A stretch of DNA of 64,000 nucleotides, taken from the NCBI GenBank assembly GCA_020891255.1, contig BQFW01000012.1, positions 1,116,001 through 1,180,000 of the forward strand, in the 5' to 3' direction. This stretch comes from Entomortierella parvispora E1425. Taxonomy: Eukaryota; Fungi; Mortierellomycota. The notes under the pieces were generated by a model. It was not told the DNA's origin, searched no databases, and saw only the letters and a program-made list of their open reading frames with translations. Numbering within the stretch: the stretch's first letter is position 1; every line of letters begins with the position of its first letter. This document shows positions 18,255 through 29,342 of the stretch, in pieces. Both the position numbers and the translations under genes were made by a program.

Positions 18255-18910
18255 TTAGAACAGCACTGCGGCGACCGCAGCCACGCCAGCAAGACCCACC
18301 CAAGCGACCTGTGCAGTGCTTGCGCGATGACCACTGCTTCCGGCCGGTTTGCCGCTTCCACCAGCAGCTGGCCCACTTCCAGTTCCTGAGGACGAGCCTC
18401 CATTGCCTGTGGATGATGTGGGCGAAGTCGGAGTGGCGGGCTCGGGCGCAGCAGGACTGGAGGGGTTATTGATAGTAAACATGTTTGTGTAGCTCAACTC
18501 TGGCACTGTGCGGACGACGATGGAATAGGTACCCGACGTGACCGTCAGAGGCACAGTCAGATCTGTACGAGTGCTGGAGCTAGAGCAATCCAAAGTGCCC
18601 AACGTGGCCACATACCGGACTGCCTCAGATGGACCCGTGTTCAAAATCACGGTAACGTTCTTGGCCATGGCCCCCATTGAGGCACAATTGCCCGTCCAGC
18701 CTACAAAGTTGGAAACACCGGCAGTCCAGACCGTTCCAGCAGTTGGGTTGTTGATCTGGCGAAGCATTTCAAAAGTGCCGAGTATAAGTAAAAAGATTGG
18801 CTGCCGTCGTTGACATTCTTCCTCTACTTTCGTCTTACCTGAATCATATCTGCGCTAACAAAGGCAGCCAGCGTCGTGGCCGCGGCGAGGAGTGTCGTCG
18901 ATAGCTTCAT
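18255..18910 (-). CDS. Small secreted Ser/Thr-rich GPI-anchored cell-wall protein (Kre9/Knh1-like N-terminal beta domain)
   Basis: Signal peptide MKLSTTLLAAATTLAAFVSA; intron 18838-18756. Domain INNPTAGTVWTAG...GTYSIVV..SYTNMFTI, followed by an S/T/G linker and a hydrophobic C-terminal tail (VAWVGLAGVAAVAAVLF). Confidence 0.85.
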
Positions 18911-19617
18911 AGTGTGGATATACAGTGTAGTGGATGTTGGATAGCAGTGCAAGCGACAAAGAGCAATAGAGAGGGAGGAAGTGCAAAAGAGAGAAGGATA
19001 TAAAGCGAGGGAAAGAGTGATTTGGGTCGTGAAAGGTCCGGCCCAAGACGCCAGGTGCCCGACTCTGATATTTATATCAGTCAAGACCATGCCTTCGAGC
19101 TGCTTCAAGGATGCAGCTCTCAGTAACATCGCATCATGCCTGTTGAAAAACGGAGAGTTCAGTACGGGAAGTAGGCGAGCCTTTATTCCTTTATTCTCTC
19201 TTCTCTGTTGTCCATGCATGGTTGCCGTCTTGCTATAATTTGTCACAGTGGAGGGGGGTGGGGGAAGACACTTATCGCGTCTCTCCTAGGCACTACACAC
19301 CGCGTAGGACCGAAATATAGTCTCTTGTGCAATCGTCTACATGTGCAAGAAGCGGGCTCGCTCATCAGCAGGAGAAGGGAGGTTGCGTCCAGAGGGGACA
19401 GACAGGTAGGAGTTCGTTATTCAGGAGAACGGAGGTGTTAGAAAATAGCACAAAGTCCATTATTGGTTCATCCTCGCATCGCATCCTTGGAAACAGACGA
19501 TATTTTCGTTCTGCGCTCAAAGCCCTTGGTCCATCGGCAAAGGAGCTAATTTTGCAAAACAAAACAAGGTAAGCACAAGACTTGGACTCCATGATCAACA
19601 GTCCTTTTTTATTTGGT

Positions 19618-21403
19618 CTAGAGTTCTTCTACGCGAACGGTCGTGTCCCTATTCCGAGGGTACAATTCTATATCGGGCGAGCGCCACCTAGAGAACCAGA
19701 GTAGAACGCAACCGTCAGTCATACTTTAATCATAACGTGAAGATGTTGCAGAACAAAAAAAAAAGAGACACCCAACTTACCATCCCCAGCCAGCTGGTTG
19801 GATCCACCACCACCGCCCCTTTGCAATGCGATCTTTCTCTGCAAGTTCGGCCTGTTCTTTCTGTAACCGCAGGGCGACTTGCTTCAGCTCCTCTAATGCA
19901 TCAAATACACGTTCCGTCATTTTGACACGGGCTTCAACCTCATCGATCTTTCCTTCCTTGTATTCCTGCATCAAAGACCCGAATTCAATTGGTTCTCCAA
20001 ATACAATGGTGAGTGGCATGCCAAGTTTAGGGAAAATGGGTGAAGAGTTGTCGGGAAAAAGTCGCAGAATGTCTTCCATGCCAAGGTGGTAGATCGGAAT
20101 CACAATTGGCATCTCGACCTCATCCATCGGTTTTCCGCCTTGCGCAATTGGGGGGCCACCGTATTCCATCAATATCCGTCCTACCCCCCATTTGAGTCGA
20201 ATAAGTTGGTCGGTTTGGTTGATTTTGCCCTCCGGGAAGATATGGACCCACTTTCCACTCCGAAGTAAATTGATTGACTTGTCAATCGCTGGTTGATAAA
20301 TGCCATTTCCGCGGATAATCGGCACGATTTGTCCATATCTAAAGAATGCCCCTACTGGTCTGATAGAAGCAGCAGGTCAGCTGTCCGATCAAAGAGAGGC
20401 AATTGCTACTCCAGGTGTCATTCAGGCTCGCTTGTCTTACTTGTTGGGATAACATAGCTCCTGCGCTCCCAAGGCATAGCGAATAGTCTTGGTGGGTGTC
20501 CAATAACATTTCCAAGGCAAAGCACCCCAAAGCAAGGGGTCATCCGCGCTATTAATGAGGCATAGAGTAAATGAGGCACCCTTTGTGTGTTAGATCTGAG
20601 GGATATTGTCCATTCCAGCAGCCGGCTTCCTTTTCAGGACACTCACGTTGAAGAATGGTTTGTCACTAATTGCCCACAAAAAAAAAAAAAAAAAAAAAAA
20701 ATTAGAGTTCTTCCACAAAATGAACCCGATTATGATGATCACGCACGAATGGGTTCGGATCTGTTATGAGTACCTGTCAGGATCGGTCGTGTTCGATTAG
20801 AATCATAAAGGATCTTGAGGAAAGGGTTCATATTGTGCACCCCAGTGTATGATCCAAAAGTCATGAAGGTTTTGCTCACCGCAGCGACTCCACACATCAC
20901 CATGGTGCTATTCAAAAGACGATCATGACAATACTTGCAAGGTTAGCGACGAAGCAGAGAGTCACATGACGAAAGCGATGTCAATGGGTATATTACCTTG
21001 TCAAACTCCAGAAAGCCGTCTCCGGCGGGTTATAGAGGCCGTAAAAGTCGTGAATATGGTCAACATTGGATCGAGGATAGGACAATAAAATACTGCTCGG
21101 ATCAGCCTGGTAAAATGCTGCGCTCTTCAGATCGGGGTTAGCCTCTGGCGGGGGAACAAAGGGCAGATGAGGCAGGGCACTGTGCTTCACTCTAGGCGAT
21201 GCAGTGGAGTCGTTGGCATGAGGGCCTGTCTGGTTTCCTTGCTCTTTTGAATCAGGCGACTGAGAACCGAAAGGTGTTGTAAGCGCCTTGACGGGTACTG
21301 GTGCTGGCCTGACAGAGACAGAGTCTGTGTCGTCGATAGGGCTGCCACTAGAAGGGGTGGCGGCTGAGTTCGTTGAAGTCGATCGATTCCAGAATCCTCC
21401 CAT
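19618..21403 (-). CDS. TAZ1: Tafazzin (cardiolipin transacylase), multi-exon including a 19-nt micro-exon
   Basis: Spliced RPILT|VTNHSST|ADDPLLWG (HX4D), IRYALGAQELCY, FFRYGQIVPIIRGNGIYQ, WVHIFPEGKI and LKWGVGRIL. The last intron (GTAAGT..ACTGAC..TCTAG) leads to WWRSPDIELYPRNRDTTVRVEEL*, with TAG at 19620-19618. Confidence 0.92.
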
Positions 21404-21815
21404 GGTTAAGTTCCAAATGCAATGAACAGGACAAGAGGACGAATGCGGCGAAGTCTGACACGATCAGGAAAAGAGCCAGGCATGCAAGGGTGCTTTGGTC
21501 TGGGCGAGAAGGTTCCGGTTTCCAATGATGTCGGACAAGGAAGGGAAGCCGAAAAGGTGCTAGCAATGGGGATGAATGAGGGGAGACAAGAGAGGAGAGG
21601 AAGAGAGGAAGGAAGAGAGGCAAGAGCGAAGGAGCACCAAGGAGCTCGAAGGAGCATGGCCGCTTTTTTTGTTGACCCCGAACATGTCGGCAGTCACAGA
21701 TTTGCTGCCCTCTTTTCAACGCGTTGCTTGTTGTTTGGTTCCTTGGTTTCTTCAGGTCCTTTCTTCTTACCTCCTTCCATCCTTCTTCTTCCCAGAACAA
21801 AAAGACAGTAGGCAG

Positions 21816-21850
21816 CAGACAGCAGACAGCAGACAGCAGACAGCAGACAA
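21816..21850 (+). repeat. Heptamer tandem repeat (CAGACAG)x5
   Basis: Four perfect CAGACAG units plus CAGACAA, ending 7 nt before the ATG at 21858. Confidence 0.95.
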
Positions 21851-21857
21851 CTGAAGC

Positions 21858-22863
21858 ATGACCACCGAAACCACATCACCACAGCAACAGGACTTGGATG
21901 CAATCGAGGTTCTGCCTTCCTCATCCACTTCCAGTCCCGTCGTCGACGACATCTCGTCTGTCGTGGACCAGGGCACCTCACAGCCACCAAAACCCGAGCG
22001 TGTGTTTGATGCACGGCAGCAGAGGATCAATGAGATTCGCCTAAAGTTCTGTGTCAGGGATGAGTTCCCCATTACAAAGAACATGATTCATTCAGACGGA
22101 ACCCTCAACCAAGAGTAAGCGATGGAGGCCTCACTCCAGCTATGCCCGAGTCAGAAAGCATGATGTTATAAAATGCTGGCTAACATCTGTCCATATCTCG
22201 AATTTGATCTCCAATAGCTACTTCAGACCGCCAAAGGGAGCCAAGGCAGAGGTGGCCAGGAAGTGGACAGACAAGGAGCGCGAACTACTGATCAAGGGAA
22301 TCGAAAAGCACGGCATTGGTCATTTCAGAGAGATCTCGGAGGAGTTCCTTCCATCATGGGTAATCGTCTATCTTGTGTATACCTCTCTTATACTGCTGCT
22401 TTACAGAACAGAAGTTTGTTATTGACACATGGAGTCCATTTTGGTACCATAGAGCGGAAATGATCTTCGTGTAAAGTCGATGCGCTTGGTTGGTCGCCAA
22501 AACTTGCAACTGTACAAGGACTGGAAGGGCAATGAGCAGGATATGGCTAGGGAATTTGAGCTTAACAAGGCTATTGGACTGAAATATGGTACATGGAAGG
22601 CAGGAACCCTAGTTGCTGATGATGATGGTTTGGTGGCAAAGGCTATCGAGGAGACATGGCCCAATGCCGGAAAAGTGAGCTCTGCTGATCAGTCTGGGGA
22701 TAATTCGCTGGTATCCACTCCACGGGACGAGGATGTTGAGATGGAGGTAAGTAGCCATGGTGGTGCACGGTTATTGGGACTGTGGCTAGAGAAGAACGAC
22801 CCTAACTATCAAACCCGTTATCTCAGTAAAACCCTTCATAGATCCGACTGTATTTTTATTTAG
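21858..22863 (+). CDS. Myb/SANT-like HTH protein resembling the p2 accessory subunit of the MTA1c DNA N6-adenine methyltransferase complex
   Basis: Exons 21858-22114, 22218-22359 and 22453-22746+ give IHSDGTLNQDYFRPPKG..KWTDKERELLIKGIEKHGIGHFREISEEFLPSWSGNDLRVKSMRLVGRQNLQLYKDWKG..NKAIGLKYGTWKAG. The C-terminal exon is uncertain (GTAAGT donor at 22747). The p2 similarity rests on my recollection of the ciliate p2 sequence. Confidence 0.75.
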
Positions 22864-23244
22864 AAACAAAGCCCTGTCGTTGCTCTGCATGTTGAGTGCC
22901 CTTGTTGTGTTTATCCAATCGTCCATTCTGGTGTCCCCGCGGCAGCTGCTTTGCCTGTATTCCCGCCTTCTCCCTGACCATTCTTGCCTTACCACCCCTT
23001 TCCTGCACAGGCGCGGCGATTCCACCAGAGTGACCTGGCTCGTTCGTTTTGTTGCCAGCCCCCTTTTCCGTGTTTCTTTTCAGACCAATGGCTAAGAGTT
23101 CAATGTGTTGTTTCTCCCATTCTTCATTTCGTCTCTCCATTCTTCTCGTCTGTACTTGTGCATTGTCCCTTTTCCCCTACTTCCCTTTCTGTTTTCCATT
23201 CTCTCTCTCAGTCTCTCGTCTAGTCTGGGTTATCGGTCCCCAAT

Positions 23245-24804
23245 ATGCTTTCCTCGTTCCCGTCACAATCTCAAATCATCCGCGACGACTGTGTCTTTCT
23301 CAAGCCCAAACCTCGAGTCCATAATCAGCGCTTAACAATCCAACACTGGCAGTTGCGAGACTTGATAACATGTCCTAGGTCTAGCGAGGAATTTATTTAT
23401 GTCAATCAAGACGCTGTGAATTCCTACAATACCCGGTCCAAGGTTACCACGGCATTGATGAAAGACCTGTCTTTTCAGCCCACGTCCTTGACAGCCGCGT
23501 AAGACTTTTGCTCAGGAGAACAACCCCTCCCTTCCCTTCTTTTTGGACGCCATTCGTGACCTGACCGAATCCATATTTTTTTTGCCCTGCCTGTAGATGT
23601 GGATACCTTGCAGCTGGAGGTCAGCGGAGCCAACTTATGGTCCAGCAAATGAACAGCAACTGGTAACTACTCGTTTCTGCGAGGTTCCTTTGTAAAGTCG
23701 GCAGTTTGGGTTGTTTCCGTTCGAGTCTGTGCTCAGTCCTGACCCTTGATTTTCTTCTGCATCAAGGTTTGCTCACACGTCAGTTGGAGGGTCGATCAAC
23801 AATGCACTCTGCATTTCTGAGCACCTGGGCGGGACACGATTGCTCATTAGCAACAATGACGAGACCATCAAGGTCTACTCTTTGCCAGGGTTGCAGCGGC
23901 TGGCTAGTATCCAATTGCCCACAGCAGTCAATTATGGTACGTTTGAAGGTCTATATGAGTGTTGCCATTCTCGCAGATTTAGAGTACCAACCTTCTCTTG
24001 TTGTATCTTGTTGTAGCTTCCGTGAGTCCCGATGGTCGCAAAATGGTCGCCGTGGGAGATTCAAATCAAGTGTTCCTGTACGAAATCTCTGTCGCTGCAG
24101 GATATCAAAAGATTGGCACTTACACTGGTATATGGCTTACAGCAGACCATTTTTTGAACAGCGTATTTGTCACTCGAGGCTAACCATGCCCCTGTTCTAT
24201 GAATAGCAACCACGGATGCCAGTTTTTCTTGTGCATGGAACCAATCCTCTGAAAAGTTTGCTGTGGCTAGTCAGGATGGTTATGTGAGTGTGTGGGACAT
24301 TCGACATTCAGAAAAACTGTGCAAGCTTGGTTCCAAACAGGTACATATCTGAGTGTCTTGTCTTTTGTCGAAGGAAGCCAGTAATCGGATTAGTGACAGA
24401 TAATTAACAACTTTTGGCGTTTGACGATGTGTCTCGCAGCAACCACAAGTTAAAGGCGCTACACGTTGCGTCAAGTTTTCGTCATCTGGATCCATTGATC
24501 TCCTAGTGTACAGTGAGCATGTCTCCTATGTGAACCTGGTAGACGCGCGAACTTTTAATGAGCGCCAAATTGTCAGAGTTGCACCCCCAGGAGTCGATGA
24601 ACATATCTCTGGCCTAGCTATCAGTCCAGACAGCAAAGTGTGCTTTGTTGGTAAGTTTATGCAGGTGGCATTCTTCTACTGATGTGGAGCTAATCGTGGT
24701 CACTGATACTTTTGCTGGATGAACTAGGCTTAGAGAACAGCGTTCTTGAGTTTGATGTCGATACAATTACCAGACGTAGCTTCCCATATGGCAGCCTGAT
24801 CTGA
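23245..24804 (+). CDS. WD40 beta-propeller protein, DUF2415-type (start codon uncertain)
   Basis: Spliced IQHWQLRDLI, CGYLAAGGQRSQL, LISNNDETIKVY, VSPDGRKMVAVGD, FSCAWNQSSEKFAVASQDGYVSVWDIR, GATRCVKFS, DLLVYSEHVSYVNLVDAR and ISGLAISPDS. Stop TGA at 24802-24804. Confidence 0.82.
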
Positions 24805-24910
24805 TGCAAAGAAAATAAATTAAGGGTCTTTTGCGCCTTAGACTGGGAACTTGGAAGTGGCACCGTTTTTCACATACACCAACGCCGGCTAGATTCTGTC
24901 AAGAGACATC

Positions 24911-25081
24911 GGTGCTTCCTTAGGTCCCATGCTTAGGTGCCTTGCGGCGGCGGCAAGGGGGCGGGAGGTGGGATGTGGCAGGGCGCTAATTATACTGGCC
25001 TCGTGGATAAAACCGTCAATTGCACTGGTGCCCTCTTAGGTCCCCTGTTTAGGTGCATTTGTGGTGGCAGGGGGGCGGAGA
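24911..25081. repeat. Degenerate ~55-bp direct repeat, two copies 116 bp apart
   Basis: GGTGCTTCCTTAGGTCCCATGCTTAGGTGCCTTGCGGCGGCGGCAAGGGGGCGG (from 24911) versus GGTGCCCTCTTAGGTCCCCTGTTTAGGTGCATTTGTGGTGGCAGGGGGCGG (from 25027). Confidence 0.75.
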
Positions 25082-25559
25082 GCGGAGTGGTGATGGGGAA
25101 GGCCATTGTCGGCTTGTCTTAGCTGCGCCAAGGAGTCTTTTCAATGATGATTTTAATTGATGTGTACTTAGAAAATGGAGCCTCCTCAATAGCTTCTAAT
25201 TAACTACAAAAACGGAGGAGTTACGATGCCTGCATTTGTAGCACAATTCGGATAGCTGCAGGGAGGAAGCTCCTGACAATTTCGTGGCCCTATTGTCATC
25301 AACTGACATCCCAGTACATGCAAGAGCGAGTCTGAAGCAGAAATACGACATTTGGCAACGAAACAGAGCCGAGGAGTAAGGTCGACTGTATCAGCCTCGC
25401 TGCAAATCAAGCTATCGACGAATCGAGCAGTAGAACACCTTTCTCGAGGTGTATATCAGCGCCTCCAGCGCTCTCTCATTAAAACAGATCTCTTCTTCCG
25501 TCTCAACATTACCCGTACCCATACCTACTCACGTTGCTGGGGAGCCCCCGCCCCGCACA

Positions 25560-26105
25560 CAGGGTCAGGGTCGCGGTAGTCCGGTCTCGAGAGAGGGCGT
25601 CTGGGATGATGTTGTCAACTCCTCGCTTGTACATGAAGTCAAAGTCACATTCCTGAAGCAACTCCATCCAACGAGCCTGTCGACGAGTGAGTTTGGGCTG
25701 TGCGGGAAAGTGGCGGAGGGTGGCGTGGTCGGTGTTGGTGAACCTGGTTCCATCGAGGTAGTGGCGCCAAGTGCGGAGGGCATGGATGACAGCTAACAGT
25801 TCCTACTCATGGGTGGGGTAGTTCCGCTCAGCTGACTGCAACTTCCTGGAAGTGAATGCGTTGGGGTGGGTATTCCCTTCCCGGTTAGTCTGTAGCAGCT
25901 CTGCACCGATGGCTAAGCCGGATGCATCTGTTTCGACAAAGGTGAGAAGGTCGGGGTCGAAGATGCGGCGGACGGGGGCGGAACAGATGGCCCGCTTGAG
26001 CTGAAGGAAAGCAGATTGTTGTTCGTCGGTCCATGTGGAGGGAGTGTTGTTGGCGAGGAGGGAGGAAAGAGGGGGGGGGGGGGAAATCCCTGTAAAGCCC
26101 GATAC
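25560..26105 (-). mobile_element. Decayed Ty3/Gypsy LTR-retrotransposon pol fragment (RT connection + RNase H)
   Basis: Minus-strand translation: [144 protein letters not shown]. In-frame TAG at 25805-25803; no LTR, YxDD or integrase seen. Confidence 0.92.
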
Positions 26106-26380
26106 GTACTGTGGCAGCTTTGCTCCAAGCCAGAGGACTTGGTAATCGAGTTGGAGCTAGGCGAAAGTGCCAGTGAGGACGTCAAATGAATGTCAATCGA
26201 CCAGCATTGACGGAGTTGAAACATTTTAGATGTGCGTGGAAATAAAGAATCGTTAAATCCTGTGTATTGTGCTGGAACCCCAAAGTGCAAGCATGCATCG
26301 CCTTCCATCACGTCCACATCTTCATTACTCAGGACCGACGTCAGGATCAGGAACACGCCCTCTCCATTGATACTATCCGG

Positions 26381-29342
26381 ATGGAGTCCAACTATATCCG
26401 CTTTACTGCTCTCCAGGGCTCAAAGTCGGAATCGGCCCTTTGCTACCTGCTCGAGATTGATGAGGCAAAGATCCTGCTGGACTGTGGTTGGAACGATGCC
26501 TTTGATGTCGAGGACCTGAAGCAACTCAAGCGGTAATATATGTCGCTGGTCGTCACCACTCGGAGGCAGTTATCGTTAATAATGTTGTGTTCGATGTGCC
26601 TATGTGCATACAATGATACTTACGCGCACTTCCGGTTCTGATAATCATGCACAGAGTTGCAAGGGATGTCGACGTATGTCTGCTCTCCCACGCGACTCTT
26701 CACCATCTAGGTGCGCTTGCGTACGCAAGATCGTATTTAGGATTGAAGGCACATACCTACGCTACATTCCCAGTTAAAGATATGGGTCATTTGACCATGT
26801 ACGATGCATGGCAATCGAAGAGGGCTGCAGAAGACTTTACAACTTTCAATCTCGAGGACGTGGATCATGCATTTGAACCGAAGGCTTTGATATGTTTGAG
26901 ATACCAGGAACCAACTGCGCTCTCTGGAAAATGCCAAGGCATCGTCATCACTGCTTCATCTGCCGGACACACTGTTGGAGGAACCGTTTGGAGGATCTCA
27001 AAGGATTCTGAATCTATTCTATATGCGGTAGATTTCAACCATCGCAGAGACAAGTAAGGACGGATCTAGAGTTTATTTTTACTGTAAAAGAAGACCTGGC
27101 ATGGTTATTAACGCATGACACTTTTTTGACATGTTCGTAGACACTTGGACAGTACAATTTTACTTGGTAGAGACGGTACCGCCCCTGAAATGTTTCGACG
27201 ACCATCTCTTATGATTACGGATGCATTCAATGCTGGAGAGGTGCAGCCTTCTCGTCAAATGCGTGACAAAGCTCTTCTCGGTAAGAGCGAAAATGATCTC
27301 TACCCGTTTTAGAGCATTAGGATTGTGTCTGACTGATCCCTTACTTACCTTATAGAGTCCGTCATTGCAACTCTCAACACTGGAGGATCCGTTCTTCTTC
27401 CAACCGACTCTTCTGCACGTGTCCTGGAGCTCTCCTACATGCTGGATTCTTACTGGATGAAGAACCGGGTGCCATTTCCTTTAATCCTGCTCACAAACTC
27501 GTCATACCGTACAGCACATTTTGCCACTTCCATGATGGAGTGGATGGGCGATACTGTTCAATCACAACTGGCGGACACGCGTGAAAACCCTTTTCAATTC
27601 AAATACATGCGACTCTGCCAGCGGCTAAGTGACCTAGACAAATACCCAGGCCCTAAAGTCATCTTGGCCTCAAACCTGTCAATGGAGACTGGATTTTCTC
27701 GAGAAGTTTTCCTCAAGTTGAACTGGTCACAGAATCCCGACAATACTCTGATCTTGACTGAGAGAGCTCTCCCTGGAGAATTAGCGCGCTTTCTCTACGA
27801 CGAATGGAAGGCGAATGTCGGGGAGCTGTCTACTAGGAATGTTGGCAGCGAAGTTCAGATGGATATGGTTCTTCGACTTGGTGTGAACCACAAGGTGCTT
27901 CTGGAAGGCCAAGAGTTGGCCGAATTTGTTGCCGCAAAAGAGGCACGGTTAGAACGTGAACGGGCTGACGCATTGTTGCTGGAACGAAACAGGAGGACGC
28001 TGTTGGAGGAAGAAAACGACAGCGACGATGAAGGATCCTTAGATGGCGACGCACAAAACCTTGTCGAGATTGACATGCTATTGACCAAGAGCGGCAGTCA
28101 TGATGTCTACATGAAGGATGCCACCAAATCTGGCGGTTTCTTTAAGCAGACCCAGAGTTACAGGATGTTCCCTTTGGTCGAGCGAAGGAAAAAATTTGAC
28201 GACTATGGCGAAAGTATTGTGGTGGAGCATTTCTTGAGTGCATCATCTGCCGCTACTGGAGCGAGCGAGAACCGACACGGGCAAGGAGGACGAGGCGATG
28301 TTGATGCTAATGGAGACAGCAGAATGCGAGGCGATGGACCTGATGATGGACCAGGCGATGGCGGAGACGATGCTGATGAAGACACACCAATGGATACGGA
28401 CATGATTCATCCAGAAGATATCTTGCCTTCCAAGTATGTCACCACGGAGCACGATTTTATTATTCGATGCAAGGTTCGATATGTTGATCTGGAGGGTCGA
28501 GCTGACGAGACCGCCATGCGAACCATTGTACAGGCGATCGCCCCAAGGAAAATGGTAGGACATTGTTGTTTTGCTGATAAATTCGAAGTGGAGAATTAGA
28601 AAGTGTCGACTGATGCAGGTTATTTTGCAACTAGATTCTGATTCATGGAACAGAAGAAAAAACAGAAGCCCTTTGTGCCGCGTACTTGCAGGATGAAGAT
28701 ATGACCCGAGAGATTTACACACCTGAGGTGGGAGAAATCCTCAATGTGTCCGAGGTGACCAACATGTACAAGATCAATCTCACGGATGCTCTGATGAGCT
28801 CCTTGTCGTTCTCGAAACTTGGCGAATACGAATTGGCTTACTTGGTTGGACAAGTTCAAGTCCCATCGGGCTCCAATGCGCCTGTGCTGGGCATGCCCTC
28901 GGTAGAAGCTGAGGGAGAGATGAAACAGTTGACTGCGCAGGCTGCATCCTTATCCGCTGCAGATAAACAGCTGGCAATCCAGCAAGGTCAGGAACAGGCA
29001 GAGGGCACATCTATGGTAGTAGCAGGCGATCATTCGACTGCAACCCAACATCAACAACACCAGCTTGCATTGCAGATTCAAGAACAGCAGCTTGAGTTGT
29101 TGGCGAGGGAGCACAAGCCTGTGTTTGTTGGCGATCTCAAGTTGACAGAATTCAAGGAGAGGCTCTGGCGAGAGGGCGAGATCCACGCGGATCTGATGGG
29201 AGATGGTGTGTTGGTTTGCAACCAAGTGGTGGCGCTCCGAAAGTCCGAAAAGACAGGACAGATCCTCATGGAAGGATCCCCCATGTCGCCAGACTACTAT
29301 AAAGTCAGGAAGCTGCTTTACAAGCAGTTTGCGATTCTATAG
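26381..29342 (+). CDS. CFT2: Cleavage and polyadenylation specificity factor subunit 2 (CPSF100/Cft2)
   Basis: Motifs CYLLEIDEAKILLDCGW, LLSHATLHHLGAL, AGHTVGGTVWRI, YAVDFNHRRDK|HL, RVLELSYMLD, GPKVILAS, RMFPLVERRKKFDDYGE, YVDLEGRADE and the C-terminal YYKVRKLLYKQFAIL*. Confidence 0.95.

Noticed and set aside
19327-19598. Overlapping short ORFs between the GPI gene and tafazzin
   Set aside because: No motifs; they overlap the probable tafazzin 3' UTR and the GPI gene promoter.
25204-25500. Protein-looking fragments (DNFVALLSSTDIPVHARASLKQKYDIWQR; SLQIKLSTNRAVEHLSRG) next to the Gypsy relic
   Set aside because: Short, in different frames, and matching no family I recognise; not supportable without a search.
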